Shown one piece after another: positions 37,705-46,902 of a stretch of 50,437 bases of DNA. The notes below the pieces were generated by a model. It saw only the letters and a list, made by a program, of their open reading frames with translations, did no database searches and had not been told where the DNA came from. The position numbers and the translations under genes were made by a program. The stretch comes from a virus (Duplodnaviria; Caudoviricetes), in IMG/VR virus record IMGVR_UViG_3300032112_000026, positions 1 through 50,437 of that record, one strand, 5' to 3'. Numbering within the stretch: position 1 is the first letter of the stretch; every line of letters starts with the position of its first letter.

Positions 37705-37965
37705 ATGGAAATAAAAGAAGTTGAATTATTAACCCCTAAAGATTTCACAAATGAAATTAATAAATATAAAGAGTTGATTAAAGAGAAAGAAAAAATAGAG
37801 GAGGAAATAGAACAAATTAAAAGCCAAATTTTAGATTGGTTAATTGAGAATGATAGAAAGTTTATCATTGTTGAAGATATGAGAATTGAGCAGAAAACAA
37901 GAGTAAAGATAGAACATAAAGAGGAAGAAATAAATAAGGTTAAAAACTTAGTTAAAAAATTCTAA
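37705..37965 (+). CDS. Coiled-coil hypothetical protein
   Basis: RBS AAGGAGGT before MEIKEV. Confidence 0.6.
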   Translation: MEIKEVELLTPKDFTNEINKYKELIKEKEKIEEEIEQIKSQILDWLIENDRKFIIVEDMRIEQKTRVKIEHKEEEINKVKNLVKKF

Positions 37966-37981
37966 AAGGAGGTGATAAAAG

Positions 37982-38152
37982 GTGAAAGTTACAGAGGTAT
38001 ATTATAATGGTAGATGGATTATTAAGGAAGGAGAATCTTATGATATGCTAACAAAAGAAGATTTAATCAACATTCTTATAGAAAGAGATGAATATATAGA
38101 AAACTTAGAAAGACAAATTAGTCAATATGAAAATATATTAGTGCCTTATTAA
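37982..38152 (+). CDS. Small protein (56 aa) missing from the ORF track
   Basis: RBS AAGGAGGTGA then GTG AAA GTT ... CCT TAT TAA. Confidence 0.6.
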   Translation: MKVTEVYYNGRWIIKEGESYDMLTKEDLINILIERDEYIENLERQISQYENILVPY

Positions 38153-38173
38153 AAATAAAGGAGGTAAAGTAAA

Positions 38174-38611
38174 ATAAAAGAACAACAAATATCTAATAAT
38201 AAAGTTTGTATCAAAAGAAATGAGTATGATGAAGCAATTAGATACTATAGTAAGATAGTTGAGACAAGTCCTAATCACTGTGAATATTGGTATGATCTGA
38301 GTTATGCTTATGGTGAGAAAGGTAAGTATGATGAAGCAATTAAATGCTATAATAGGGTGATTAAGATAGAGCCTAATTTGCCCGAAGCTTGGTATAATAT
38401 GGGTTATATTTATAGTGAGAAGGGTGAATATAATAAAGCAATTAAATGTTATAAAAAAGCGATTAAGATAAAACCTAATTATGCTGAAGCTTGGTATAAT
38501 ATGGGTGTTATTTATTATAATAAAGGTGAGGATAATGAGGCAATTAGATGTTATAACAAGGTAATTGAAATAAAGGAGAAAAAGAAGAAAATAAAAAAGG
38601 AGGTAAAATAA
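38174..38611 (+). CDS. Stand-alone TPR protein; apparent ATA start
   Basis: Open frame from ATA 38174, 8 nt after RBS AAGGAGGT; 3-4 TPR repeats (EAWYNMG..Y..KGEY..AI.CY.K.I.I.P). Confidence 0.75.
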   Translation: MKEQQISNNKVCIKRNEYDEAIRYYSKIVETSPNHCEYWYDLSYAYGEKGKYDEAIKCYNRVIKIEPNLPEAWYNMGYIYSEKGEYNKAIKCYKKAIKIKPNYAEAWYNMGVIYYNKGEDNEAIRCYNKVIEIKEKKKKIKKEVK

Positions 38612-38612
38612 A

Positions 38613-39728
38613 ATGAGTAATGAATTAATTATAGAAGATAACCAAACTATATTATCACAACCACAAGAAAAACAAGAAAAATTAGATTTTCAACTTCAAA
38701 TTAAAAATCTAATTTCGACTGTAGGAACTCTCCAAATTACAGAAGAACAAACAAAAATTTTATATGCATCTATTCCTGAAGAAATTATCGAAATTCGCCC
38801 AGATGGATTAATATATCTTCCCTGGATGGAATATGTAACTCGATTAAGACAAGCCTTTGGTCTTGAATGGGGTATTATTCCTATAGGGTTACCACAAATT
38901 AAAGATAACCTAGTTTTTTGGGGATTTTATCTTCTGATTAAAGGAAAGCTAATGGGTTTTGCTTTTGGAGAGCAACAATATCAGCCTACTAATTTACAAA
39001 TGACTTGGGGAGATGCTTGTGAAGGGGCAAAAAGTAATGCTCTAATGCGGTTGTGTAAAGGATTAGGAATAGGATTAGAACTTTGGCAACCTACTTTTAT
39101 TCGACATTGGAAAGAAAAATATGCAGAAAAATATATAGATGAGAAAGGGAAAACTAAATGGCGAAAAAAAGGAATGAATGGAGTAGAAGAAGAAAAGGAA
39201 AAGGAAAATAATAATATATGTTCTTTTGGAAAATATCAAGGAAAAAGTTGGGAAGAAATTGCTAAGTCTGACCTTCAATATATTCAATGGATAGTAGAGA
39301 AATCTAATCAATCTAAAGAGTTGAAAGAAAAATTATCTACTTTTTTATTACATGAAATTCCACAAAATGATAGTGATAAACAGATAAAGACTATTCATAT
39401 TCTCTTAGGGAAATTAAAGGAAAGAGGTTATACTGATAATCAATATCGAGATTATTTATTAGAAAAATGGGATAAAAAAAGTTCAAAAGAATTAAATAAT
39501 AATCAAAAAGAAGAGTTAATTGCTTATCTTTCAAAAAAGTTAAATGAATATCTTCATTTAACTTTTGCTCAAAGACAAATAAATGATCTTCCAGAAGAAT
39601 TCTTAAATCCTGCATTAAAAAGTCTAAATATAAAAAAGGCAATAAATGAATTATCAGATGAAGAATGTAAACAAATAAAGAAAAAAGCAGATGAAATAGC
39701 AGATGAAAAGGGGATGGTAAGATATTGA
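38613..39728 (+). CDS. Rad52/Mgm101-like single-strand annealing protein with an FGKY-type small domain
   Basis: EIRPDGLIYLP..EY..RL..AFG..W, EGAKSNALMRLCK.LGIG.ELW.P.F; FGKYQGK.WEEI...D.QY..W. Confidence 0.85.
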   Translation: MSNELIIEDNQTILSQPQEKQEKLDFQLQIKNLISTVGTLQITEEQTKILYASIPEEIIEIRPDGLIYLPWMEYVTRLRQAFGLEWGIIPIGLPQIKDNLVFWGFYLLIKGKLMGFAFGEQQYQPTNLQMTWGDACEGAKSNALMRLCKGLGIGLELWQPTFIRHWKEKYAEKYIDEKGKTKWRKKGMNGVEEEKEKENNNICSFGKYQGKSWEEIAKSDLQYIQWIVEKSNQSKELKEKLSTFLLHEIPQNDSDKQIKTIHILLGKLKERGYTDNQYRDYLLEKWDKKSSKELNNNQKEELIAYLSKKLNEYLHLTFAQRQINDLPEEFLNPALKSLNIKKAINELSDEECKQIKKKADEIADEKGMVRY

Positions 39729-39772
39729 TAAAATATGACAAGTTTATAAAATAACAAATAGGGAAAAATAGT

Positions 39773-39955
39773 ATGGAAGATAATATAAAGGAAAGAGTAA
39801 AATTGATACCTGCAGTAGCACAAGTATTAGTAGAATATGAACAATGGTATAGAAAAGAAAAGGCAAGAGAGATGTTTGATATTTTAGTAGAACAAATTCA
39901 GAATTTTTATGAAAATGAATATTTGAGAAATGGAATATTTAGATTAATAGGATGA
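39773..39955 (+). CDS. Hypothetical protein
   Basis: 60 aa; ATGA overlap with the next gene. Confidence 0.5.
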   Translation: MEDNIKERVKLIPAVAQVLVEYEQWYRKEKAREMFDILVEQIQNFYENEYLRNGIFRLIG

Positions 39956-40269
39956 AAAAAATAATTTATTTTGACCCCAAAAGAATAAAGAAAATAAGAT
40001 TAACAGAACATGATATTAAAAATCAAATAAAGGAATATTTATCCTTAAAAAATTGGTTTCATTTTCCTTTATTAGCTGGTTTAGGAGCATATAAAGGTTG
40101 TCCAGATATGATAGCTTTGAAAGATGGTATAGTTTTATTTATTGAAATAAAAGTTGAAAAAGGACGACAAAGTCAATACCAACAAGAGTTTCAAAAGAAT
40201 ATAGAAAAGTATGGAGGAAAATATCTAATTATAAGGGGAATTGAGGATTTACAAAAAGAAGGAATTTAG
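39952..40269 (+). CDS. VRR-NUC family nuclease (PD-(D/E)xK)
   Basis: EHDI...I..YL; G.PDM; FIEIK..KGRQS..Q..F. Confidence 0.9.
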   Translation: MKKIIYFDPKRIKKIRLTEHDIKNQIKEYLSLKNWFHFPLLAGLGAYKGCPDMIALKDGIVLFIEIKVEKGRQSQYQQEFQKNIEKYGGKYLIIRGIEDLQKEGI

Positions 40270-40287
40270 CAAAAGGAGAGAAATAAA

Positions 40288-40629
40288 TTGTTAGTAAGAG
40301 ATAAAAGATATAAAAAAACAGATTATAAAGGACACGAAATTAGAGGAGGAGGAGGAGGTTTAGATTGTCCTTGTCTTCCTTGTTATAATTGCCACGATTG
40401 TGGATATTGGAAGTCTAATGGTATTAACCAATATTGGGTTGTAAGTTTTGATTGTGCTACCCGTTATAATAAAGGATGTCCTGACTATTTACGTAGGCCT
40501 CATCATTTGTTTAAATTTACTAAACGCTTTTCTAATAGGAAAATAGGAGATATATTTAGATGTGTTCGATGTGGGCAAAAAGTTAAGATTGGTGAATGTA
40601 AGTTTGATTTTAGTGTGATAAAAAAATAA
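40288..40629 (+). CDS. Cys/His-rich zinc-binding protein
   Basis: CPCLPCYNCHDCG, CATR..GCP, HHLF and CVRCG; RBS AAGGAG. Confidence 0.65.
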   Translation: MLVRDKRYKKTDYKGHEIRGGGGGLDCPCLPCYNCHDCGYWKSNGINQYWVVSFDCATRYNKGCPDYLRRPHHLFKFTKRFSNRKIGDIFRCVRCGQKVKIGECKFDFSVIKK

Positions 40630-40747
40630 ATTTATACAATTATAACTATTATTTTTTGAGGAATGAAAACTATAATTGAAATGTAAAAAACTGGGAGGAG
40701 AAAATGTATCTATTTAATAAAACTTGGGATGAATTATTAAAAAAGAA

Positions 40748-40924
40748 ATAAAGATAAATATTTTTAAATAAATTAATAGTAATGCAGCTGTTTCATTAAA
40801 AGATGGAAAATTATTATTTGAGAGTATTTTAAAAAGTATAGAGAATGAGGTAAGGGTAATACTTGATTTTAACAATATTGAGTTTATTATTGTAACCTTT
40901 CTAAATGTAGTAAGAAGTTATTAA
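40748..40924 (+). pseudogene. STAS-like (DUF4325-type) gene remnant
   Basis: (ATA)KINIFK*INSNAAVSLKDGKLLFESILKSIENEVRVILDFNNIEFIIVTFLNVVRSY*; the V.LDF..I....FLN motif; internal TAA at 40769. Confidence 0.6.
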
Positions 40925-40986
40925 AAGAGTAAAAGAATATTTTAAAAATAAAAAAAGTATAAAAAATTTATAAAGGGGAAAATTTA

Positions 40987-41271
40987 ATGATTACTAAAGA
41001 AGAATTATCAAAAATAGAATATTGGGATAAAAATAACCAAGAAAAATTAATTTATTATCTTTGTAACTTATGGAGAGGAAATAAAAAAAGCTATGATTTA
41101 AAAGGAACTAATGTATTATACTTTTCACTTCATACAAGAGATTTAGATGACAATAATGAGATAATTGCAACATTAAAAAAAACTAATTTTTGGTTTCATT
41201 ACTGGCAAAAATCTATACGAGGAGGACATCACTATTTTAAATTTCCATTAAAAGTAAAGAAAAAATTCTAA
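40987..41271 (+). CDS. Phage hypothetical protein
   Basis: LHT....NNEII..L....FW...W..S.RGGHHYF motif; RBS AAGGGG. Confidence 0.7.
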   Translation: MITKEELSKIEYWDKNNQEKLIYYLCNLWRGNKKSYDLKGTNVLYFSLHTRDLDDNNEIIATLKKTNFWFHYWQKSIRGGHHYFKFPLKVKKKF

Positions 41272-41463
41272 AATTTTAAAAAACTGGGAGGGGAGAATAA
41301 TGTATCTTTTTTCTAAAATTATAGATAAAAGATTAATGACTTTATGCTATATAATAATAGGAATAGCAATAATTTATATAGTATTAATGCTACTTCGATA
41401 TGGGTATGAGTAAAATAATATTTTATTAGGAAAAATTTGAATATCAAAAAAGGAGTAAAAAAG

Positions 41464-42078
41464 ATGTCTAATCAAATAGATATTAGTAATAGTAATTTTT
41501 CTAGTGATGAAGCTCAAATAAATCATCAAGCAATTATAGAATTAAAAGAGATGTTGACAGAAGGATTTCTCTTATTAGCAGAGAAGTTATATTTTTGTCA
41601 GCAAAAAGAATTATATAAAGAATTAGGTTATGAGACATTTGAAGAATATATTGCTATACCTGAGTTAGGATTTAAGCGAGCTTGGGTATATGAATTATTA
41701 AGAATATATCGAGTATATATTGAGAAATACAATATAGATAAAGATATATTGAAAAAGATTGGAGTAACTAAATTAGCATTATTAACATCAGTTGTTGATG
41801 ATAATAATTATGATGATTGGTTATCTAAAGCAAATACTTTAAGTGTCTCTGATTTATTAAAAGAGCGTTTAGAATATCGTCAAAAGATAGGAAAAGGTGT
41901 AGTAGAAGAAATAATTTTACAGTTATCTTCAAAGCAGATAGTAAGTCTTTTCTTTTCTTTAGTAGGAGAGGATTTATCTAAATATGATAAATTATATAAA
42001 AAGATACTAAAATATAAAGAGTTTCAATTAATAAGAGATATAGTTGCAGGTGAAATTTGGAAAGGAATAGAATTTTAA
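41464..42078 (+). CDS. Hypothetical DNA-binding protein
   Basis: LAEKLY.....LYKELGYETFEEY...LG; RBS AAGGAG before MSNQID. Confidence 0.65.
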   Translation: MSNQIDISNSNFSSDEAQINHQAIIELKEMLTEGFLLLAEKLYFCQQKELYKELGYETFEEYIAIPELGFKRAWVYELLRIYRVYIEKYNIDKDILKKIGVTKLALLTSVVDDNNYDDWLSKANTLSVSDLLKERLEYRQKIGKGVVEEIILQLSSKQIVSLFFSLVGEDLSKYDKLYKKILKYKEFQLIRDIVAGEIWKGIEF

Positions 42079-42079
42079 A

Positions 42080-42352
42080 ATGACTAAAAATGATATTATT
42101 AATGAAATTTATATTAATTTAAAAACAGTTAAAAAGAAAGATATTATTATAATAATAAGGGAAGCTGTTAAAATAATATCTACTTTTCTACTAAAAGGAA
42201 ATAATGTCTATTTAAGAGGAGTAGGAACTTTTAAAATAAGATTACATAAAGAATATAAAAAAATAAATCCTCAAAATAAACAACCTATAATAATTCCTCC
42301 TCAAAAAGTAATTAAATTTATCCCTTCAAAAAAGCTTAAAAATATTTTATAA
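42080..42352 (+). CDS. HU/IHF-family DNA-binding protein
   Basis: MTKNDII; V.LRGVGTFK; INPQ....I.IP..KV.KF.PSK.LK. Confidence 0.92.
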   Translation: MTKNDIINEIYINLKTVKKKDIIIIIREAVKIISTFLLKGNNVYLRGVGTFKIRLHKEYKKINPQNKQPIIIPPQKVIKFIPSKKLKNIL

Positions 42353-42400
42353 CTTTATTTCTTTTCTTTAGTTATTCTCTCTTTTTTCTTCTTTATATTC

Positions 42401-42429
42401 TTGACAAAATTATTAAAATATGTTATATA
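42401..42429 (+). promoter_or_regulatory. Promoter upstream of the packaging/late operon
   Basis: TTGACA-N17-TATATA with extended TG. Confidence 0.7.
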
Positions 42430-42440
42430 AAAAATAGATA

Positions 42441-42605
42441 ATGAATGAAGATATATTTAAGAAGACTTTAGAATATATTAGGCGATTAAGTAATGAAATT
42501 GATTTTGGACAAATTACATTGATATTTTCAAAACATCAAGGGAAAATTAGAAATATTGAGGTTCAAACACGGCGTTTACAAAGGATTAATATTGAAAAAA
42601 AATAA
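42441..42605 (+). CDS. 54-aa YezD/DUF2292-like protein (missing from the ORF track)
   Basis: MNEDIFKKTLEYIRRLSNEIDFGQITLIFSKHQGKIRNIEVQTRRLQRINIEKK; I.FG.IT....HQG.I..IE pattern. Confidence 0.6.
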   Translation: MNEDIFKKTLEYIRRLSNEIDFGQITLIFSKHQGKIRNIEVQTRRLQRINIEKK

Positions 42606-42633
42606 ATAATCTTTTCTGAGCCTGAGGAAGAAC

Positions 42634-42708
42634 CAAAAAAAGGCAAGAAGGAAAAAAATAATTTTTTAGAAGAAATTATTTTTATTTTTCTTGCCTTTTT
42701 TGTTTTTT
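42634..42708 (+). terminator. Long hairpin plus T-run between the late promoter and terS
   Basis: CAAAAAAAGGCAAGAA...AAAAATAATTT / AAATTATTTTT...TTCTTGCCTTTTTTG followed by TTTTTT. Confidence 0.65.
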
Positions 42709-42722
42709 AGGGAAATAAAAAA

Positions 42723-43154
42723 ATGATTAGAGAAAGACCAGTTAGACAACAAATAGAAGAAATAGAATCAGAATATGGTCAAATAGTAACAAAAACATTA
42801 GATTTTCCAAATATTAGTCAACAAGTAATTAGATCTGCAATTATTGATACTTTTGAATTAAAAGAAGTTAATCTCACCATTAAAAATCTTGCTTATAGAA
42901 TTTTAAGTCAATTAGAAAAATTAGAAGAAATCCAAAAAAAAGCATTAATAGAATATCAAAAAGATAAAAGCCTCAAACATTCTTTACCAATTGTAATATC
43001 TGCCTCAAAAGTATATTTGAATTGGATGGAATTAATATATAAATTACGAGGAGCAACTTTTGAAATTCAAAATATTGTGCAACAACAATTTACTACTATC
43101 TCAAAAGATAAAACAATAGAAGATTATGTTTTAAATTTTCAGTCTGAATATTAA
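42723..43154 (+). CDS. Putative terminase small subunit
   Basis: Size, helical content and position directly upstream of terL. Confidence 0.5.
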   Translation: MIRERPVRQQIEEIESEYGQIVTKTLDFPNISQQVIRSAIIDTFELKEVNLTIKNLAYRILSQLEKLEEIQKKALIEYQKDKSLKHSLPIVISASKVYLNWMELIYKLRGATFEIQNIVQQQFTTISKDKTIEDYVLNFQSEY

Positions 43155-43164
43155 ATTTTTATTT

Positions 43165-44931
43165 ATGGAATTAGAAAAATTTTTTAAACTAAATATAGAA
43201 GAACCTAAAAAATTTATTGAACATTTTTTACATATAGAAACTACTGCAGAGAGAGTAAGAACATTAGCAGGAGAAAATATCTCTCCAATTCGTGGGGAAG
43301 TATATCCTTTTCAATTTAGTGAAGAACAAAATATATTTTATAATGTTTTTCAAAGACAACGAAAAGAAAAAAAGCCAGTTCGGATTATCATATTAAAGAG
43401 TAGGCAAACTTGTTGTAGCACTTTATGGTTATCTTTATGTTTTACTCAAGCATTATTTCGTCCGAACACAAAAGCATTAATTGTTACTAATTTAGATGAT
43501 ATTAAATTAACTTTTTATAAAAAAATAGAATTATTTTTAAGAGATTTACCTGAAGAAATTAAACCTGAAATAACTCAAAGTGTTTTAAAAGGATTTCATA
43601 TTAAAGGTTTTCCTATAGGAAACCGCATTATTCCTATTCAGAGTGAACTTCGATTTGGAGTTTCAGCAAATAAAGATATTGGAGCAGGAGCATCTCGAAA
43701 CTGGTTTTTAGGGAGTGAGGTAGCACGATGGTTTTTTCCAGAAGAAATTATGCTATCTATTATGCCAAGTATTCCTAATGAAAAGAAAACAGTAGTAGTA
43801 TTAGAATCTACTGCTCGTGGATGTGGTAATTATTTTCATCGGTTATGGCTACAAGCGAAAGAAAAGAAAATAGAATTTGAGCCTATTTTTATTCCTTGGT
43901 TTGAGCATAAATATTATCAAAAAGAGTTAGATGAGAATTGGTATGATATTCCATTAGATAGTGTTGAAGAATATCGACCTGAAAAAGAGTTAAAAAAGAA
44001 ATATAATCTCTCAGATAAACAATTATACTGGAGACGATATGCGATAGATAATATTTGTGGTGGAGATTCACTTAAATTTGCTCAAGAATATCCATCTAAT
44101 GACACAGAATGTTTTATTTCTGATGATTTAAATGTTTTTAATATAAGAAAGCTACAAGAATTACGGCTTTTATGTGAGAAAGGAGAAAAAGGAGATATAA
44201 GAGAAAATAGATTTATTTCTACTTATGATGGATATTGGACTATTTGGGAAAAACCACAAATAGGAGTAAATTATATTTTTGGAATAGACTCAGGAACAGG
44301 AATAATTGATGGAAATCCAAATGCAATTATAGTGTTAAGAGCAGATACACTTGACCAAGTAGCTGAATTTAATAGTCATACTGATGCAACACAATATGTT
44401 TTAGATATTATTGCTGGAGCAGAATATTATAATAATGCTTTTTTAGTTCCTGAATTAACAGGTGAATCAGGAGGAGCAGTATTAGAAAGATTAAAAGAAA
44501 AATATCATAATATATATTTATGGGAAAAGATAGATGAATTTGGAAAGGTAATAACAAATAAATTAGGTTTTGTAACAAATCATTTTACTAAAAACTTATT
44601 GATTAATGATATTAGAGATTATATTAATTTAGATTTAGGTAGAATACGAAGTGAGAATTTGATTAATGAATTAATGACTTATATAGAGTTAGAATCAGGA
44701 CGAATGACAGGATTAAGAGGATGTAATGATGATAGAGTAATGGCATTAGGATTAGCATTAAGAGGTTATCGCTCACATCAAAGACGCTGGGAAAATATAA
44801 TAAAAATGCCTACAAAAAAAATTGAAGAATATAATTATAATGTTGAAAAGCAATTATTAGAAATTCCTTATAAACGAAATTATTATAATAAGTTAGAAGA
44901 AGAAAATTTTACTCCTTATGGAGTGTATTAA
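43165..44931 (+). CDS. terL: Terminase large subunit
   Basis: RIIILKSRQ...ST, SEVA.W, LESTARG..NYF, FIPWF, F.QEYP, FGIDSG.G and DDRVMA. Confidence 0.95.
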   Translation: MELEKFFKLNIEEPKKFIEHFLHIETTAERVRTLAGENISPIRGEVYPFQFSEEQNIFYNVFQRQRKEKKPVRIIILKSRQTCCSTLWLSLCFTQALFRPNTKALIVTNLDDIKLTFYKKIELFLRDLPEEIKPEITQSVLKGFHIKGFPIGNRIIPIQSELRFGVSANKDIGAGASRNWFLGSEVARWFFPEEIMLSIMPSIPNEKKTVVVLESTARGCGNYFHRLWLQAKEKKIEFEPIFIPWFEHKYYQKELDENWYDIPLDSVEEYRPEKELKKKYNLSDKQLYWRRYAIDNICGGDSLKFAQEYPSNDTECFISDDLNVFNIRKLQELRLLCEKGEKGDIRENRFISTYDGYWTIWEKPQIGVNYIFGIDSGTGIIDGNPNAIIVLRADTLDQVAEFNSHTDATQYVLDIIAGAEYYNNAFLVPELTGESGGAVLERLKEKYHNIYLWEKIDEFGKVITNKLGFVTNHFTKNLLINDIRDYINLDLGRIRSENLINELMTYIELESGRMTGLRGCNDDRVMALGLALRGYRSHQRRWENIIKMPTKKIEEYNYNVEKQLLEIPYKRNYYNKLEEENFTPYGVY

Positions 44932-44935
44932 GATA

Positions 44936-46633
44936 ATGGCTGTTATTCTTGAAGATATAAAAAATGAAGAAAGAAAATTAGTATTAGATGTAATTGAAAA
45001 ATTTAATTTAGCTAAACAAGCTAAACAAAATGCGTTTAAAGTTACTCCAAGTGAGTTATTAGATTTTTATCTAGGACGACAAATAGGGAAAGAGAAACCA
45101 GAGGAAATAGATGTTATTAGTAATTGTATTACTGAAGTTATTGATGCAGGGATTAGTTTAATTTTACAAACACCTTTTACTATAGAGTTAATTCCTAATC
45201 GGCAAGAGGATATATCTAAAATACAACAATTACAACAAGTACTCCAATATTATTGGGAGCAAGTTTTAGATATGAAAAAGAAGCTGAAGGAATTATTAGG
45301 ATTTCTTAAAATTTATGGAACGGCTTTTTTATATCCACATTATATTATAGAAAATAATAATTTAAAAATTAAAGTAGATGTTTTATCCTCAGAAGATATA
45401 TACCCTGATCCTTCAGCTAAAAAGAATGAAGATTTAGAATTTATTTTTTATGCAATGCCAATACCATTAGCAAAAATAAGAAGATGGTATCCAACAAGAG
45501 GATATCTTGTTAAAGAAGAAACTATAGTTTCTTCTTCAGTAGGAAATAAAAGTAGAAGTAGTTATGCTGAAATTATTCATGAGCAAGGTAAAATAATAAG
45601 ACCAATTTTAGGAAAATCAGAAGGAGGACGAGTTACTTTACCTTCAGCTACTTTAATTTTTGGATTTTTGAAAGATGATACTCAAGGAGAACTTATAAAT
45701 TATAAATGTTATTGTAAAAATTGTAAAATATTTTTTAGACAAGAAAGTTTTTCTAAAGAAAATCTTAGATGTAATAATTGTAAAAATTATATACCAGCTA
45801 AGCATTTTATCTCCTTAAAAGAAAAGCAGATTTTACCTCTCTATCCACAAGGTAGAATGGTAGTAATTGCTAATAATATTCTACTTGATGATAGAGAAAA
45901 TCCATATTATGACTTTCCATTCTTGAGATTTATAAATCGGATGACTACAACATATTGGGGATTAGGTGATGTTGAGTATTTAATGGGTGAACAAATTGGA
46001 ATAAATAAATATATTAGATATGCAACAGAAATTATTAAAAAAATAGTAAAAAGACCAATATTTGCTGATAAGGGTGCGATAGAAGAAGAAATAAGAACTA
46101 CAAGTTTTGGTGATCTTATTGAGAAACAGCCAGGTAAGGCAATTAATTGGATGGATATGCCAACTGTTCCTTATGATATTTTTAGAATGATCGATTTATT
46201 TCGAGGACAAATTGATAATAAAGCAGGATTAAGGGATAGAATAGGTGCTAAGACAGCTACTGAGGTAGGACTTCTTGAAGAGGAAGAACAACGAAGACAA
46301 ACCTCATTGCTTGGAGATATAGAATATGATTTAAAAAAAGTTATTTTACATATTTTACATATTTTAATAAATTATCATACCTATACAGAACAGTTAGCTT
46401 TAGATTATAAAAAAGGTGAATATATATTATTTCAAGGGATTGATTATAAAAATTTATTATTTGATGTTAAGGTGAAATTTCAAATAGAAATAGTATTATC
46501 GAAGATGGTGCGACATCAACAAGCATTGCAAACATTAACTACAATAATGACATTATTACAATCTCAACTAATTAGTTTTGAAAAGGCACAAAATATAGTT
46601 AATAAGTTAATGGCTGATTTAAATCTGAGTTAA
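44936..46633 (+). CDS. Portal protein (P22/podovirus-like) with a Cys4 insertion
   Basis: Follows terL; DFYLG.Q, IYPDP.A, YPQGR, WGLG.VE...Q..IN and TATEV. Start at MAVIL (44936) or 44918. Confidence 0.88.
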   Translation: MAVILEDIKNEERKLVLDVIEKFNLAKQAKQNAFKVTPSELLDFYLGRQIGKEKPEEIDVISNCITEVIDAGISLILQTPFTIELIPNRQEDISKIQQLQQVLQYYWEQVLDMKKKLKELLGFLKIYGTAFLYPHYIIENNNLKIKVDVLSSEDIYPDPSAKKNEDLEFIFYAMPIPLAKIRRWYPTRGYLVKEETIVSSSVGNKSRSSYAEIIHEQGKIIRPILGKSEGGRVTLPSATLIFGFLKDDTQGELINYKCYCKNCKIFFRQESFSKENLRCNNCKNYIPAKHFISLKEKQILPLYPQGRMVVIANNILLDDRENPYYDFPFLRFINRMTTTYWGLGDVEYLMGEQIGINKYIRYATEIIKKIVKRPIFADKGAIEEEIRTTSFGDLIEKQPGKAINWMDMPTVPYDIFRMIDLFRGQIDNKAGLRDRIGAKTATEVGLLEEEEQRRQTSLLGDIEYDLKKVILHILHILINYHTYTEQLALDYKKGEYILFQGIDYKNLLFDVKVKFQIEIVLSKMVRHQQALQTLTTIMTLLQSQLISFEKAQNIVNKLMADLNLS

Positions 46634-46637
46634 AGAT

Positions 46638-46886
46638 ATGATAATAATAGTTTCAATTTTAATAGGTTTTATATGTGGAAGTATTTATACATGGTATATA
46701 ATACGAAAATTTAATAAATCAATATTTATTGATGATATCAAACAATTTATTGAAGAGAATAAGCAAAAGATAATTAATGTAATTTTAGATATGAAAGAAT
46801 ATTTTCCAGAAATATTTGATAAAAAATCAAAAGAAAGTAATATAAGTAATTCTTTTGAAAGAATTACTCCCTATGGAACATATTAA
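46638..46886 (+). CDS. Small membrane-anchored protein
   Basis: N-terminal TM; C-terminus TPYGTY. Confidence 0.6.
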   Translation: MIIIVSILIGFICGSIYTWYIIRKFNKSIFIDDIKQFIEENKQKIINVILDMKEYFPEIFDKKSKESNISNSFERITPYGTY

Positions 46887-46902
46887 AAAGGAGGTAATAA
46901 TA

